DNA from: Octopus sinensis
Lineage: Eukaryota
Assembly: GCF_006345805.1 (NCBI RefSeq)
Contig: NC_042999.1
Coordinates: 60,574,001-60,638,000, forward strand
Reading direction: 5' to 3'
Length of the DNA: 64,000 nucleotides
Within the stretch, counting starts at the first letter, position 1, and each line of letters starts with the position of its first letter. The position numbers and the translations under genes were made by a program. Shown here one piece after another: positions 1-13,425 of this stretch. The notes beneath the pieces are model-generated. The model saw nothing but the letters and a program-made list of their open reading frames with translations, did not search any database and was not told the origin of the DNA.

Positions 1-215
1 GAAACGTACGTTCTCAAATAACCTTTGCACTTGATTTTTTAATGTCTCTACCCCCATATTTGCGTGAGTTGAATTGAGCAAACACTATATGAGAGAGGTT
101 TTCTTTAAGTATTAGAAATAGTTTAAAAAAAGTTTTTTTTGGCTGCTATTTCTAATGAGTTCAGTATGCGGCAAAGTAATTTATTTTACTAAGCCCTTTT
201 ATATAATGTAATAAT

Positions 216-217
<2 letters not shown>

Positions 218-276
<59 letters not shown>

Positions 277-297
277 ATAGATAGATAGATATATAGA

Positions 298-333
<36 letters not shown>

Positions 334-347
334 TAGATAGATTGATG

Positions 348-386
<39 letters not shown>

Positions 387-432
387 TGATGGATAGATAG
401 ATTGAGAGATAGATAGATAGGTATATAGATAT
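218..432. repeat. Compound microsatellite (TA)n-(GA)n-(GATA/GACA)n
   Basis: Directly visible tandem runs. Dozens of similar (TA)n, (CA)n and (TACA)n tracts occur throughout the window and explain the YI/CV/HT-repeat ORFs. Confidence 0.97.
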
Positions 433-1038
433 AAGCATGTATTGTAAATGTTACTGATATAGTGAGCTTTTGAGCTATTCAATCTTATTGTTAATGTCAT
501 TTGTTTTATTGTTATACATATCGTACTTACCTGAGGCCAATTACACCATCAAATGACAGATCTGTTAGAGATATAACTTACCTAATGCTTATTTCGATTA
601 CAAACACGACGAACTTTACCTTACAACTCTGTTTTCTATCGATAAAAATCTTTAGAAATTTCCACCAGTTACGAGGTAATCAAAATATATATGAATAATA
701 AAAGCAATCGTGTTGCCAGCAGAATACAGAAAGATAGTTTCTGCTACTCATGCACATTTTCTGTGTTTTAATATTTGGTGATTCTTAGCAAAAATATGTA
801 TCCATAAAGCTGCTTTTTGTTCAATCTTTTGATTGGCATTGATTGACTTAACTGGCGGAAAGGGTTATAAAGCTTATATGCACATATTCATGTATATTTA
901 CACACACACAGACACACACACACATACACACACACATACACATAGATTTGTATACATCATTACATAACAACCATCTCCCCATATATATGGTACATTCATA
1001 CACACGAATATACATATATATACACTCGCACACACACA

Positions 1039-1149
<111 letters not shown>

Positions 1150-1238
1150 TACATATACATACATAAATGGTAAGACGACAAAAGAATGAAAGAGGCTTCG
1201 ATATTATGTAAATAGAATTTATCTGTAAATGTAATATG

Positions 1239-1443
1239 TGACAATTCTTCGGTAGCCATGATAAAACTCCGAGTTTCAGATATCGGGGGGGCAAATCCAT
1301 GCCGCCACCTCTTCAGTTATCCGGCCATCGAAAAAATGCTATGAAAATTGTTCCGATGGCCGGATAACTGAAGAGATGGCGGCGTAGATTTCAACCCCGA
1401 CATCCGAAACTCGGAGTTTTATCATGGCTACCGAAGAATTGTC

Positions 1444-1444
<1 letters not shown>
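1239..1444. mobile_element. Foldback palindromic MITE-like element (~97-bp inverted arms, ~10-nt loop)
   Basis: The left arm TGACAATTCTTCGGTAGCCATGATAAAACTCCGAGTTTC... matches the reverse complement of the right arm ending ...ATCATGGCTACCGAAGAATTGTCA at about 90%. The right end abuts a (TA)n tract. Confidence 0.8.
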
Positions 1445-1475
<31 letters not shown>

Positions 1476-2090
1476 ATATATGTGTGTGCGTGTGCATGTG
1501 TGTGCATAAAGATGTGTTTTTACATATCTAGTGTTTTATTACTGTTCATCGGTTCCACTTAACTGTCTCCAGAAAGAAGCTAACATTTCGAAAAGTACAA
1601 TAGTTTATAAGATTTTATGAACCAAAGCTGTGATTATCATCACGAAATATCATTTATTATCACTGCACTATATAACATCATTTATAGACTATTCTGTGTA
1701 TTAATGTTTATTTCTCTTTAATGATTGGTTACATGAAACTCTGAGTAACAGTTGGTGAAGGATTTCAACTTCGATGAAATAATATATTTTACTCTACATT
1801 TAGTATTCGATTAACATGTTCCCCACCCAATTAGTTATGCCAACGCCACCCAATTAATTTTGCATGTATGTGAATAATGTCTTCTAACTCGCACACCACA
1901 ATTCAATCTGCCAGTAAAATATGCAAGATTTTATTTTCAATTTTAAAATGTGATATTGTTTCCTCATTCACTTTCAAAGATGAAGCTTTGTACTCGTATC
2001 CTTACTAGGAAGTTGTTCATGCGTCAGAGGAAGAACTAAAATAATTAAAAGCAGAAGAGAACATAAATACAACAACTCAATGAGATAGAT

Positions 2091-2279
2091 GTTCGAAATC
2101 AGAGGCTGCACAGTGTTTCAAATAAATTCAACACTAATGGAGATGTAAACAAGCTATACTGCTCACGCAATATATTGGTATCATATGAATCACGTATTGT
2201 GACAGTGAAAGATCATCTTCGTCAAAGGAAAAAGACCAGTAACCATCTTGCAAAAGTGTGTGATAATAAGGTCAACTAG
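2091..2279 (+). pseudogene. Possible zinc-finger (CGGBP1/BED-like) transposase N-terminal relic
   Basis: Frame reads ...NGDVNKLYCSRNILVSYESRIVTVKDHL..., loosely like KLFCxxCNxxLxxxRKSxIxDHL. Short and degenerate. Confidence 0.2.
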
Positions 2280-2658
2280 ATTATTAAAAAAGCTTGAGAA
2301 CTTATTACTTAAAGTTTCACGTGACCACCATTGGCAGTTCGAGAATACAGACTAAGAAAGAAAATCTATAAATTGCAAGTATATACAAGCATTAGTGGAC
2401 ACCACTTCGCCGTAGAAACTTTTAAAACTGATTAAGTAATTAATTTACAACAAAATTTTTTTTTTTAAACTGTTTATAATTGGATGTTAGTGGGAATCGT
2501 AATTATATATATTCTCTCCTGTAAATGAGTGTGTATGCGTATATATATGTGTGTGTGTATGTATGTCTTTGTGCGTGTATGTGTGTGTTTGTGTTTGTAT
2601 ACGTAGACATGTATACGTATATATACATATAGTTGTATGTTTATATATATATGTATAT

Positions 2659-2692
<34 letters not shown>

Positions 2693-2712
2693 GATATATA
2701 TATATATATATA

Positions 2713-2748
<36 letters not shown>

Positions 2749-2810
2749 TATATTAAATTAGAGATAAAACCAGGTATATATATATATATATATACATATA
2801 TATTCTTTTA

Positions 2811-3145
2811 TTCTTTTTTTATTTGTTTATTTGTTTCAGTCATTTGACTGCGGCCATGATGGAGCACTGCCTTCAGTCGAGCAGCATCGACTCCAGGACT
2901 TATTCCTTGTAAGCCTACTACTTATTGTATCTATCTCTTTTACGGGGACGTAAACACATTACCATTGGTTGTGAAGCGATGGTGAAGTGACAAGCATAAG
3001 TGACAATACATATACGACAGGCTTCTTACAGTTTCCGCCTACCAAATCCACTCACAAGGCTTGCCCAAGGTGCCACACATTGGGACTGAACCCAGAACCA
3101 TATGGTTGATAAGCAAGCTACTTACGACAGAGCAACACCTACGCC
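2811..3145 (-). mobile_element. tRNA-derived SINE family A, diverged copy with internal deletions
   Basis: Reverse complement of the family A head, core (GTGAGTGGATTTGGTAG) and tail (GCAGTCAAATGACTGAAAC). Confidence 0.9.
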
Positions 3146-3157
3146 TATATATGTATA

Positions 3158-3236
<79 letters not shown>

Positions 3237-3552
3237 CATACAGGGAACGATATATAGATTAGAGTAAATTTGGCAAGTAATCTGTAATATTCCATTAAAC
3301 GCTAATTCTCTTGTAGAGTAGCCTGAAAAATATTTAAGTACCTTATAAGCATTGTATAAGTCTTTAGATTGATTAGCAGGAAATATGTCGGCAACTGGCG
3401 GCGGCTAAAGAAGCTTTCTTTCCCCTCTCTCTGTTTTCTAGGTTTACCTGTTACTATTATGCCCTCTCCTCATCGTACTTTTGTAGCTCTCTTGGGTTAC
3501 ACCTCCTCGGTTTTAGCACTCACTACGTATTCGATTATTTCTGTCCAATATC

Positions 3553-3783
3553 TATTTCTTTACTACCCACAAGAGGCTAAACACAGAGAGGACATACAAG
3601 GACAGACATAGGTATTAAATCGATTATATCGACCCCAGTGCGTAACTGGTACTTAATTTATCAACCCCGAAAGGATGAAAGGCAAAGTCGACCTCAGCAG
3701 AATTTGAACTCAGAACGTAACGTCAGACGAAAAACGGCTACGCATTTCGCCCGGCGTGCTAACGTTTCCGCCAGAGTGCCGCC
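3553..3783 (-). mobile_element. tRNA-derived SINE family B monomer
   Basis: Reverse complement of the head GTTAGCACGCCGGGCGAAATG, the B box GAGTTCAAATT and the body CTTTGCCTTTCATCCTTTCGGGGTTGATA. Confidence 0.9.
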
Positions 3784-4487
3784 TTATTTCTGTCCAATAT
3801 CGTACACACCATGGACCTAGTTTTTCTCCCTACCACACAAATGCGGTCCCTTTGAATTTCATCTCTCAGTTTACTTCCTACAACTCAAAGCGAATATGAA
3901 CTGCATTAAACTTGGTCGTCTCGGAAGAGCAACGTAGTCAAACGGCAAAGCTCTCTTTTCAGATCAAAGCAATAGGAAAATAATTCAACAAAACAATAAC
4001 TATATTTATACTTTTCCCCCTCTTGCTCCATATGATAAAGCAGACAAAATTTACCTGTGTAGCAAAATCCATTTGTATTCATGTTGGCAACATGACTGCT
4101 TTTATTATTCATACATTTCGATTATCTCATAACTGTTGAATATTTCTAAAGATTATTATTGATAGAAAACGCTAGAATGACGTAAAGTTCGTTGTGTTTG
4201 TAATCATACGAGGAAAAACAGAATTGAAATAAAGCATCAGGCAATCTATATTGTACAACAAATGCGAGATTTGTTATTGTTGTAAGAGGCCTTAGGTAAG
4301 TATAAATAAGTTTAACAATAAAATAAGGTACGGTATATAATGCCGTATCTCGCATGAACGAAAATGGTTGACATTTAGATTGTATTTCTCTTGTTCTTCC
4401 TACAATTTTTATTATTCACAGTAACACACAGCCAGACACATTTGCACATAAGCATATACATATATATATATTTATTTATTTATATAC

Positions 4488-4538
<51 letters not shown>

Positions 4539-4594
4539 ATATATATATAAATATATATATATATATGTATGTATATATATATGTATGTATGTAT

Positions 4595-4682
<88 letters not shown>

Positions 4683-4688
<6 letters not shown>

Positions 4689-4870
4689 CCCATCGATTAC
4701 GACAACGAGGGTGCCAGTTGATCCGATCAATGGGACAGCCTGCTCGTGAAATTAAGATGCATATCACAAAGAGATTAGGCGTGGCACGGCCGGCCCCACT
4801 TACTGGAACAAAGAGAACTTAAATACGTTGTTCAAAGAAACAATGCGTGGCCGGGAATCGAACTCACGTT
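4683..4870 (-). mobile_element. Degraded SINE fragment (similar to 20345-20500)
   Basis: Shares ACAACGAGG...TCCGATCAATGG.ACAG.CTGCT.GTGAAATT with 20345-20405. B-box-like GGGAATCGAAC at the end. Confidence 0.6.
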
Positions 4871-5462
4871 CATATAAATATAGCCACATATTGTATATAT
4901 TGTTATTAGACTCTTGTCGCTTCGATGAATGAGGGCTCAGCATGATACAGCCGTAACGTGTTCTTAGTTGGATGTTTTATTGTGCTGAGTCATGTATGCA
5001 CTCAGGCATATCCAGTATTTGCAGACGCGACCAAACGGTTTGAGGGATGAATATATTTATTTAATCACTAAATAGCCCAAGTATTACGGCCGTTTCTCAG
5101 TCATCTTTACGCTGGGGTAGTTTTAGTGTGGAATAAGTTATGGTTACCTGATTGCATTAATATGCCTGCTATACATTATGTAATGCAAATGTATGTTCAC
5201 AAATCAAGGGAAATAAAGAAAGCTCGCTAAACAGAACAGATCACCAGAACAGCATGGTTACACCACTAGCTTTGACTCGTTGGTTGAGGCTCTAGTGATC
5301 TGATGAGCTGGCTTTCTTTATTTGCATTGACTTGTGAGCATAGAACTGTACTCTATGCATAATTATGTAAACACGTAAACATATGTTTTCCTCTCTAAAA
5401 TTATTACTACATGGAGAAGGTGGCGAAACGGCCGTATAGCACTGAGGATGTAAAGCGGTTCA

Positions 5463-5543
<81 letters not shown>

Positions 5544-5785
5544 CCTCTTGAATGCTTCTTGTATACACACCCTAGCGCACACACGCGTGCACTCGCGCAT
5601 ATATATATATTTATATTTATATAAATATATACACATGTACACATATATATATACATATGTATATATATATATGTGTATGTATGTATGTATGTATGTATGT
5701 ATGTATGTATATACCATCAGTAATAATAAAGGGTAAAATTAATCAATAATTAATAATTAATAATTTTACTAAGTAGTTCGGTATG

Positions 5786-5839
<54 letters not shown>

Positions 5840-6490
5840 GTGTGTGTGTGTGTGTGTGTTTACGTGCGAAGGCGAACATATTACATTGATATTCTGTGTA
5901 AGTTGTAGATATGACGCTTCGAACATGTCTCTTTGTCAGAAGAAGGGAAGGTCCAGAGAAGATGAAAGGGGGAAGGAACAGATAGTCCGGAGAGAAGCTC
6001 GTGTGTCGATACATGACCTTAAGATAACTGACCACAAGCTGGAGAGAAATAGAGAATGTGGTTTCTGAAAGCAGGAGAGTGCAAAAAGGGTCGTTGTATG
6101 TGTGAGGAAATAACGCGTGTGTGAAGTGTGTGTTTGTATGTGTGTGTGTGTATGTGTGTGTGTCTGTGTGTGAGCGTGTGTGGATGAGTAGTATGCTTGT
6201 ATATTCGGAAGTCTGCTTGGGATGGTAGTTTATATGTACGCGTGTGCGTGTGTTTATGTGAGAGTGAATCTAACAGGTTAGTAGCAACCAAATCTATGGA
6301 ATGGAATATAAGGCATTTCTTGTGCCCACTTTCTTATACGACTCTGAAACCTGACAATAGTATTAGTGACTTCTCCACTACTAGGTGTGAAAATTGCTGA
6401 AGACCATGCTAATTCTCTTCCCAAATAGACAGGATAATGTCTGTCTGGTAAAAAGATGTACATCGTCATTATATTTCTTACATTATAAAA

Positions 6491-6904
6491 GGCGGTGAGT
6501 TGGCGGGATCGTTAGCACGCCGGCGAAATGCTTAGCGGTATTTCGTCTGTCGTTACGTTCTGAGTTCAAATTCCGCTGAGGTCGACTTTGCCTTTCATCC
6601 TTTTGGGGTCGATAAATTAAGTACCAGTTACGCACTGGGGTCGATGTAATCGACTTAATACTTATGTCTGTCCTTGTTTGTCCCCTCTATGTTTAGCCCC
6701 TTGTGGGTAATAAAGAAATAGGTATTTCGTCTGTCGTTACGTTCTGAGTTCAAATTCCGCCGAGGTCGACTTTGCCTTTCATCCTTTCGGGGTCGATAAA
6801 TTAAGTACCAGTTACGCACTGGGGTCGATATAATCGACTTAATCCGTTTGTCTGTTCTTGTTTGTCCTCTATGTGTTTAGCCCCTTGTGGGTAGTAAAGA
6901 AATA
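6491..6904 (+). mobile_element. SINE family B head-to-tail dimer (one head plus two 184-bp bodies)
   Basis: Head at 6491. The body starting GGTATTTCGTC occurs at 6537 and again at 6721. Confidence 0.92.
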
Positions 6905-7075
6905 TGTATTTCTTATGTTAAGACATCGAGTGTCCAACAACTTTGGCTATGGGCTACCAAATTGGTACACATATCTGACTACCAATTGCTTGAACAATTG
7001 TGTCGCAGCCGGTAGAATAGAAGAAAATGTATTGTTGTGGGGAGGTAGATCAAAGAAAGGGGTCGAAAGACTTAC

Positions 7076-7137
7076 CAAAAAGTCATTTAAAGCAATTGTT
7101 GAATTAATTTGTGCAGGTGACAATTGTTGGCGAATAA
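7076..7137 (-). CDS. Candidate internal exon of an unidentified host gene (IRQQLSPAQINSTIALNDFL)
   Basis: Acceptor TTTTTCGCCACTTCTGACAG and donor TTG|GTAAGT. Only one open frame, phase 1 to phase 0. Confidence 0.35.
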
Positions 7138-7933
7138 CTGTCAGAAGTGGCGAAAAACCGACACAAGTGGTGAAAATTGTCAAGCATTATCTGTCATCAC
7201 AACAGCACATATGGGCATAGAAAATGGCAAGAATATATCAGTTCGACTTTTTCTAGAACCGGCATTGGCCTAGATATTTACATGCTAGTCTGATCACAAA
7301 TCTGTATCTAGTAGGCATCAACAATTTCAAAGAATTCGCGACGGCAATATTTGTGCATAAACAGAATATTCCATGCGTATTGTTTGTACTTATGCATCGT
7401 AAAAAGAATCTAAGCGCTTATAAAGTGTTTCATGTGGACACGTTTTTGTGTATGCAGGTGAGCGCTTGCGTTTGTGTTTGTGTGTGTGTGTCTATGTATG
7501 TGTGTGTGTGTCTGTGTACAGATATTGCTATCTTGCAAAAAAGAAAAAAAAACTTTTTACACATCTTGAAGTCTGTAACACTAAGCAAAATTCTATCTAT
7601 ATTCCTAGTGCGCATGCATCACAGGTTTCAAGTTTGTTAGATTTACAGAAAATTCGACCTTATCTTAGATCGTTGTTTTTTTTTTTTTCCTCCGCTTTCT
7701 GTTCTGAATATATATCGACTGTTTAATCGTATTCTTTTGACGTGTTGGCATTAGACACATGCAGCATACTATACAAGTTTTGTAAAACGTTTGGTGGCAT
7801 GATAAAATCGTGCAAAGAGAAAAACTTTACTGTGAATTACTAATGATAATTTATACTAATATTTCCATTAATACACAATCAACACACATACAAATACACA
7901 CGTCTCCTCACACATTGACATATATGTGTATGT

Positions 7934-7980
<47 letters not shown>

Positions 7981-8189
7981 TATATATAGATATACATACA
8001 TATATATATATATATGATATGATATGATTATATATAGATATACATACATATATATATATAAATATATATATGTATATACATATATATATATGTATATATA
8101 TATGTATATATATATATATGTACACACACACACACACAAATATATATGGGAGGCTGTGTATAGGTGTGTATGTATGTATGTAATGAAGT

Positions 8190-8415
8190 CGCATGGCTTA
8201 GTGGCTGCGGGTATTCGGCACGCCATCGTAAGGCCGGGAGTTCGATTTGCAAGACACTTTATTCCACGCTGCACCAGTCCCTTTAGCTGACAAATCAGAG
8301 CAGTACTTGTACCTCAAAAGGCCAGCTTTGGAGTATTTTGTGTCACGTTGAATGTCCCGAGAACAATGTTATGGCTCAGCTGGAACATGCATCGTCGCAA
8401 CCGACGGAATTCCGT
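8190..8415 (+). mobile_element. Degraded tRNA-headed SINE
   Basis: A box TGGCTTAGTGG and B box GAGTTCGATT. The body resembles the reverse complement of 36405-36480. Confidence 0.6.
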
Positions 8416-8875
8416 ATGAATGTATGAATACATGCATATGTGTTATATAAATTGAACAAAGCGTTCGTTTCAAGAGCAAGATCAATGTTGGCAATTATCT
8501 ATTTGTGTGTAAGCTGTGCCTTGTAACCTCCGAAGCATTTTAATTTCTGATCGTGTCAACTTCTAGCTTAAGTCTATTTACTGATGGAAGTTTTAGAATA
8601 CAAACCGATGTTATTAAATATTTATAGACAACTACGCCATCACATTCATCATACTTGAAAACTAGTTTTGGCGTATAAACACACAGTTTTTCCTTAAAAC
8701 GCATTATTCCAACTAGTTGAGGATAAAATGTATAAAGCTGATTTCAGAAACAAGTAAACATAAAAACCGGATATCTTCACGTATTTTATATATATATATA
8801 TAATATATATATATATATTATATATATATATATATATGCTTTTGCCAACAGTACAAGAATGCAAAATCAATACAC

Positions 8876-9149
8876 CTGCTCTGAAAGAGTTAAGGAATAT
8901 AGAATACATTTTCTTCGATTCTGATAGTTTATCAGATTCATTAATTCTGGAATCCTGAAGACTGGTATGTAAACAACCAATCCTAGGCAATCCGGTTATA
9001 AATTCTGATAGCAATGTAAACAGTTCTATGTGAAGAGGTGGAACATACTTCTTAACCATGTTTGCCGAATTACTTAAATGAAGTTGGTTGCCTTGACAAC
9101 TAACAAAATTGATCTCACTTCTGATGTTCCAACATTCAACATTAAGTTT
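8876..9149 (-). CDS. Candidate internal exon of an unidentified host gene (KLNVECWNIRSEINF...SIFLNSFRA)
   Basis: 91 non-repetitive open codons within ORF 8694-9176. Acceptor ATCTCGCATCAG and donor CAG|GTGTAT, phase 0 to phase 1. No recognisable domain. Confidence 0.4.
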
Positions 9150-10217
9150 CTGATGCGAGATATTATAAAACAGCATGGAAATAAATGGAATTCATCCTAA
9201 CAAGAGTCGATACATTAAGCAATGCTCAAAGAATATATATAGAGAGTTTTGTCTTGTTTTTGTTCGTTATTTGATTTGTTTTATTTTATTTCGTGAATAA
9301 CTTTGGTTCTTCGGACTTCGCTTTCAGTGATTATGATCTCAAAGTGTAAACTCAATTTATATTTCTTCTTTATAAAATCGATAAAGCGAGCAGAAGACGA
9401 AGTCACAACGACCAGATGGTTAAAATTCTATCTTTTCAACTGAAGAGTTAGTTAGAGTCGATGAAAATTAGTGTGCATTGAAACGTATTTAAAAGAGATC
9501 AGAAGATCACTACATAACTTGAATGACCTCTAGATGAAGTGTCTACAAGATTTTCTCAGATAAATACTATAGATTGAACTCTCCAATACCTGCTTCAGGC
9601 CAATAGCATGTTTTGAACTAAACACAGCACGCTAACGAAACTTTTGCTAATTATAGTGTACTTTCGCTGTTTATAACGTCATACTGCACTTAATTAACAC
9701 AGCTCATTTGAAGCTAGACGGACTGGAGCAGGGAAAGTGGACATCGCTGGAGACGCAACATCGTAGCGAAAATTGATTAGGAGCACCTAAGCATTAGCCT
9801 CTAAGCAATGCATGCTTTTGATCTACGAGACGGTGAAATATAGGAATTATACATGCAAAGTTTAAAAAAAAGAAAAGAAGCTAGTCCAACATCTTATGTA
9901 CGTGACTAATATTTGTTATGGGAGATGACGGAGCAAGGTAATATAGTAGGCCTAGTCGAAATTTTAATTTACTGTAGTCGTTGTCTCATCGCACTTAACG
10001 GCAAACATTGAATAGCAGCAGAGTGAATCATGAGTTTCAAACAAATAAATGAACTCGGTTACGTGTATTCGTTTATTTCATTTGCAAATTGATACGCATA
10101 TGCGCAATATATGTGTTGGTGTGTTTTTTGTTTGTCTCAGTATTTATATCAATTTATGTATGTGTGTATATATGAATATATGCATGTATTACGTATGTAT
10201 GTATGCATGTATGTATG

Positions 10218-10271
<54 letters not shown>

Positions 10272-10482
10272 GTATATATATATAATCAAAATAATAAACA
10301 AGTATATCCGAGGTAATGTGGTACGATCGTTTCATGCGACTAATCTAATTCTGGTACCTCGGATATACTTCTTGCTTATTTTGATATAATCACCCCATGG
10401 ATTTATATGGATAATACCATAAAAAATTCTGGTCCCTTTGACTTAAGTACCATATTCATCTGAATCTAAATTTTGCTGAACT

Positions 10483-10519
<37 letters not shown>

Positions 10520-10931
10520 TTTCTGTGTCTGTGTTCTTATGTGCATATATTTGTACACACAGACACCCACACGGACACAATGCACTTTTAACTGTTTATT
10601 GGTTCTGTTATTCTGTTAACGGCTAGGCATACAGGCAAGTATACTGGCACTGATGTAGCGACATTTGAAATTTTGTCTCGGTAAATCTAGGTGAGAAAAC
10701 TGATCAAATTTACGATAACAAACTTATTTTGAAGTTTCTAAAACCTCGCTCCTAGATTATCCAATTCTGGGTATACATTTATCTAATGTTCTTCCTAGAG
10801 TTAAGATGAAATTTTTTACGTCCACTGCCCGCACACATCTTGTCAGAATATATACAAGAAGGTTTACTATACCGTCGTAAAATTAGCGGCTGCTATTTCT
10901 AGTAAACACTGGTGCTTCGTTGTACCATTAT

Positions 10932-10964
<33 letters not shown>

Positions 10965-10993
10965 GTATATATATATATATATATATAAATATA

Positions 10994-11260
10994 TCTTATT
11001 AAAAGCAGATTTTATCTGCCTCCCTTGGGAGTTATACAAATCTACAATATAGGATTTCTTCAATTACAACTTACCTAGCATTTTTAAGAGTACAATGCAT
11101 CGCGTCATGCCAGGTCCAGTTTTTAAAATTTAAACTCCAATTAAGCAAATTTACAGAAAACTCACATTCTGGTGGGTGTGTGTCCAAATGCTTTTCTTAG
11201 TCTGGTTTACACCACACGCAAACGCACACACACAGTGTGCGACGAATAAAATGAAACTAG
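10994..11260 (+). mobile_element. Helitron-like non-autonomous fragment (second copy 13900-14166)
   Basis: A|TCTTATT..AAAAG start, a CGCACAC/GTGTGCG hairpin at 11223-11241 and CTAG|T at 11257-11261. The true 3' end is uncertain. Confidence 0.45.
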
Positions 11261-11889
11261 TTGTAATAAATTTTCTGTCTATGACGCTGATAGATACATG
11301 AGTAAAATGTATGGGAAGCTACAGAGAAGAGTGAGTGAAAATGTTCTTGGAAGAGAGTAAATAGCTTGAGAGAGTGATTTGAGGAAGACTTTACATTAAA
11401 TAACCGTAGTGGCTTGTGTTAGTAATAAAGTAAACATACACTCATACCTACATACATACATACATACATACATACATACATACATACATACATACATACA
11501 TACATACATACACACACACACATACACACACACATACATACATACACACACATACATACATACACACATACATACATACATATACATACATACATACATA
11601 ACACCACACACACATACACACACACACACAGTATTGAAGCTTGAGAACAATCAGATACATTTGCAACACATCTGTTGAAAATATTATTGTTCACACACAT
11701 ACATATACATATATACATACAGACAGACAGACAGATAGACACAACACACACACACACACACATGATCCAGCATGGCCACAACCTCAAGGCTGAAACATAT
11801 AAAAGAATAACAGATATAAATGTGTGCATGTGTGTGAGAGAGAGAGTGTGTTTGTGTATATGGTATGTTGTATGTATGTATATATAAAA

Positions 11890-12480
11890 AATAATGCGGT
11901 TTTTTCAACAGCTTGAACTAAAAGTCAGAGGGGAATGGGATAAACTACTTATATTAACTTGCTATAAAAGCAGGTAGTAATTTTATCTTGTCCTTATTCA
12001 TAGTGCAAGTTTTGAAGAGTGCATTTCGATTTTAACAGCATATTTTTTTCAAAGCTATGTTGGAAGTAACAAAGGAGCATATTTGGCATATTTTGCTTTA
12101 TGAGTTCAATAAAGACAACAACGCAACGGAAAGTACAAGAATATTAATGCAGTATATGGGGATTGGACAATAAGCGTAAGGCAGTGTCAATGGTGGTTCC
12201 AGAAATTCCGAGCCATAAACTACAGCCTAGAAGACGAGCCTCATCCTGAAAGATCTGTAGAACTCGACAAGGACATCCTGAAAACCCTGGTGGAACAAAA
12301 TCTCATCGTAACTGTTGAGGAACTAGCAGAGAAGCTTGGATTTGGTCATTCAACCTTCATTGAGACCTGTGTGCTATCGGAAAAGTCAGAAATTGGGTCA
12401 ATGGGTTCCTCACGAACTTTCCGAGTCTAATTGCATGCAGAGAGTGAATGTATGCTTTTCTTTGCTGTCACATCTCACCA
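11890..12480 (+). mobile_element. Mariner (Mos1-like) transposon 5' fragment, frameshifted HTH region, copy 1
   Basis: From ATG 12057 the two-copy consensus reads MLEVTKEHIWHILLYEFNKDNNATESTRNINAVYG...WFQKFR...SLEDEP...ELAEKLG...KLGQWVPHELS, with the mariner WVPHEL motif. Truncated before the DDD domain. Confidence 0.93.
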
Positions 12481-12497
12481 CTACTGCGCTATGTATA

Positions 12498-13131
12498 TCT
12501 ATATATATAAAACTGTAGTTGTGAGAGTGGTCTGTCCCCTTCGATTTAGATTCCTAACTACTCCCACATTTTGCGGTGCAGTTTAACAAATTCGGGTAGC
12601 TTATAGTCGTGATTCATATCGAGCCCGTCTGAGTATTAGCGCGCGTCTACGATGAGTCTACGATTTTAAAAATAATTTAACATCATTTTTTATTCCATTT
12701 TAATGCATAATTTTTCGTGTGTCGATGGCGGCGGAGTTGGCGTCCACGCTCACACCTGCACCTGTGGGGAAGGGAGTGTAAGGAAATCAACGTCGTAATG
12801 CGTTGTCAAGGAGACCAGTTTCTTTTAGAACAACGACTTCATGGCTTGAAGACACCAAAACAGAAATGGCTAAGAAAGCGTCTACATGAGTCTACGATTT
12901 AAAAAAAATTTACCATCGTTTTTTTTTCCATTTTAATGCATTTTTTCGCTATTATATAAGGGAAGTAACTCTCTAAAAATGTCTACGATGAGTCAACGAT
13001 TTAAAAAAAATTTACCATCATATTTTTTCCATTTTAATGCATTTTTGGCTATTTTTTGGCTATAACTCTCTAAAAATGCTTATATAGTTATTTCCCTTAC
13101 ATACCCGAGCAACGCCGGGCGATACTGCTAG
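12498..13131 (+). mobile_element. Complete non-autonomous Helitron (634 bp), copy 1
   Basis: 5' A|TCTATATATATAAAA, a 3' GC hairpin CCCGAGCAACGCCGGG, then CTAG|T. No TSD. Three internal GTCTACGATGAGTC..CGATTT..AAAA subrepeats. Confidence 0.9.
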
Positions 13132-13381
13132 TATATATATATATAATATTATATTATACATATAAATATATGTATATATATATAATCAAAATAATCAACA
13201 AGTATATCCGAGGTAATGTGGTACGATCGTTTCATGCGACTAATCTAATTCTGGTACCTCGGATATACTTCTTGCTTATTTTGATTATAATCACCCCATG
13301 GATTTATATGGATAATACCATAAAAAATTCTGGTCCCTTTGACTTAAGTACCATATTCATCTGAATCTAAATTTTGCTGAA

Positions 13382-13425
<44 letters not shown>

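Larger units (their letters stand above)
10281..13131 (+). repeat. Tandem segmental duplication, copy 1 (~2.9 kb)
   Basis: Near-identical to 13181-16041 (offset 2900-2910). Both ends lie in (TA)n tracts. Confidence 0.97.

Noticed and set aside
522-534. TACTTACCTG matching the U1 snRNA 5' end
   Set aside because: Only about 10 nt match and no U1 body follows. It is better read as a minus-strand 5' splice-site consensus.
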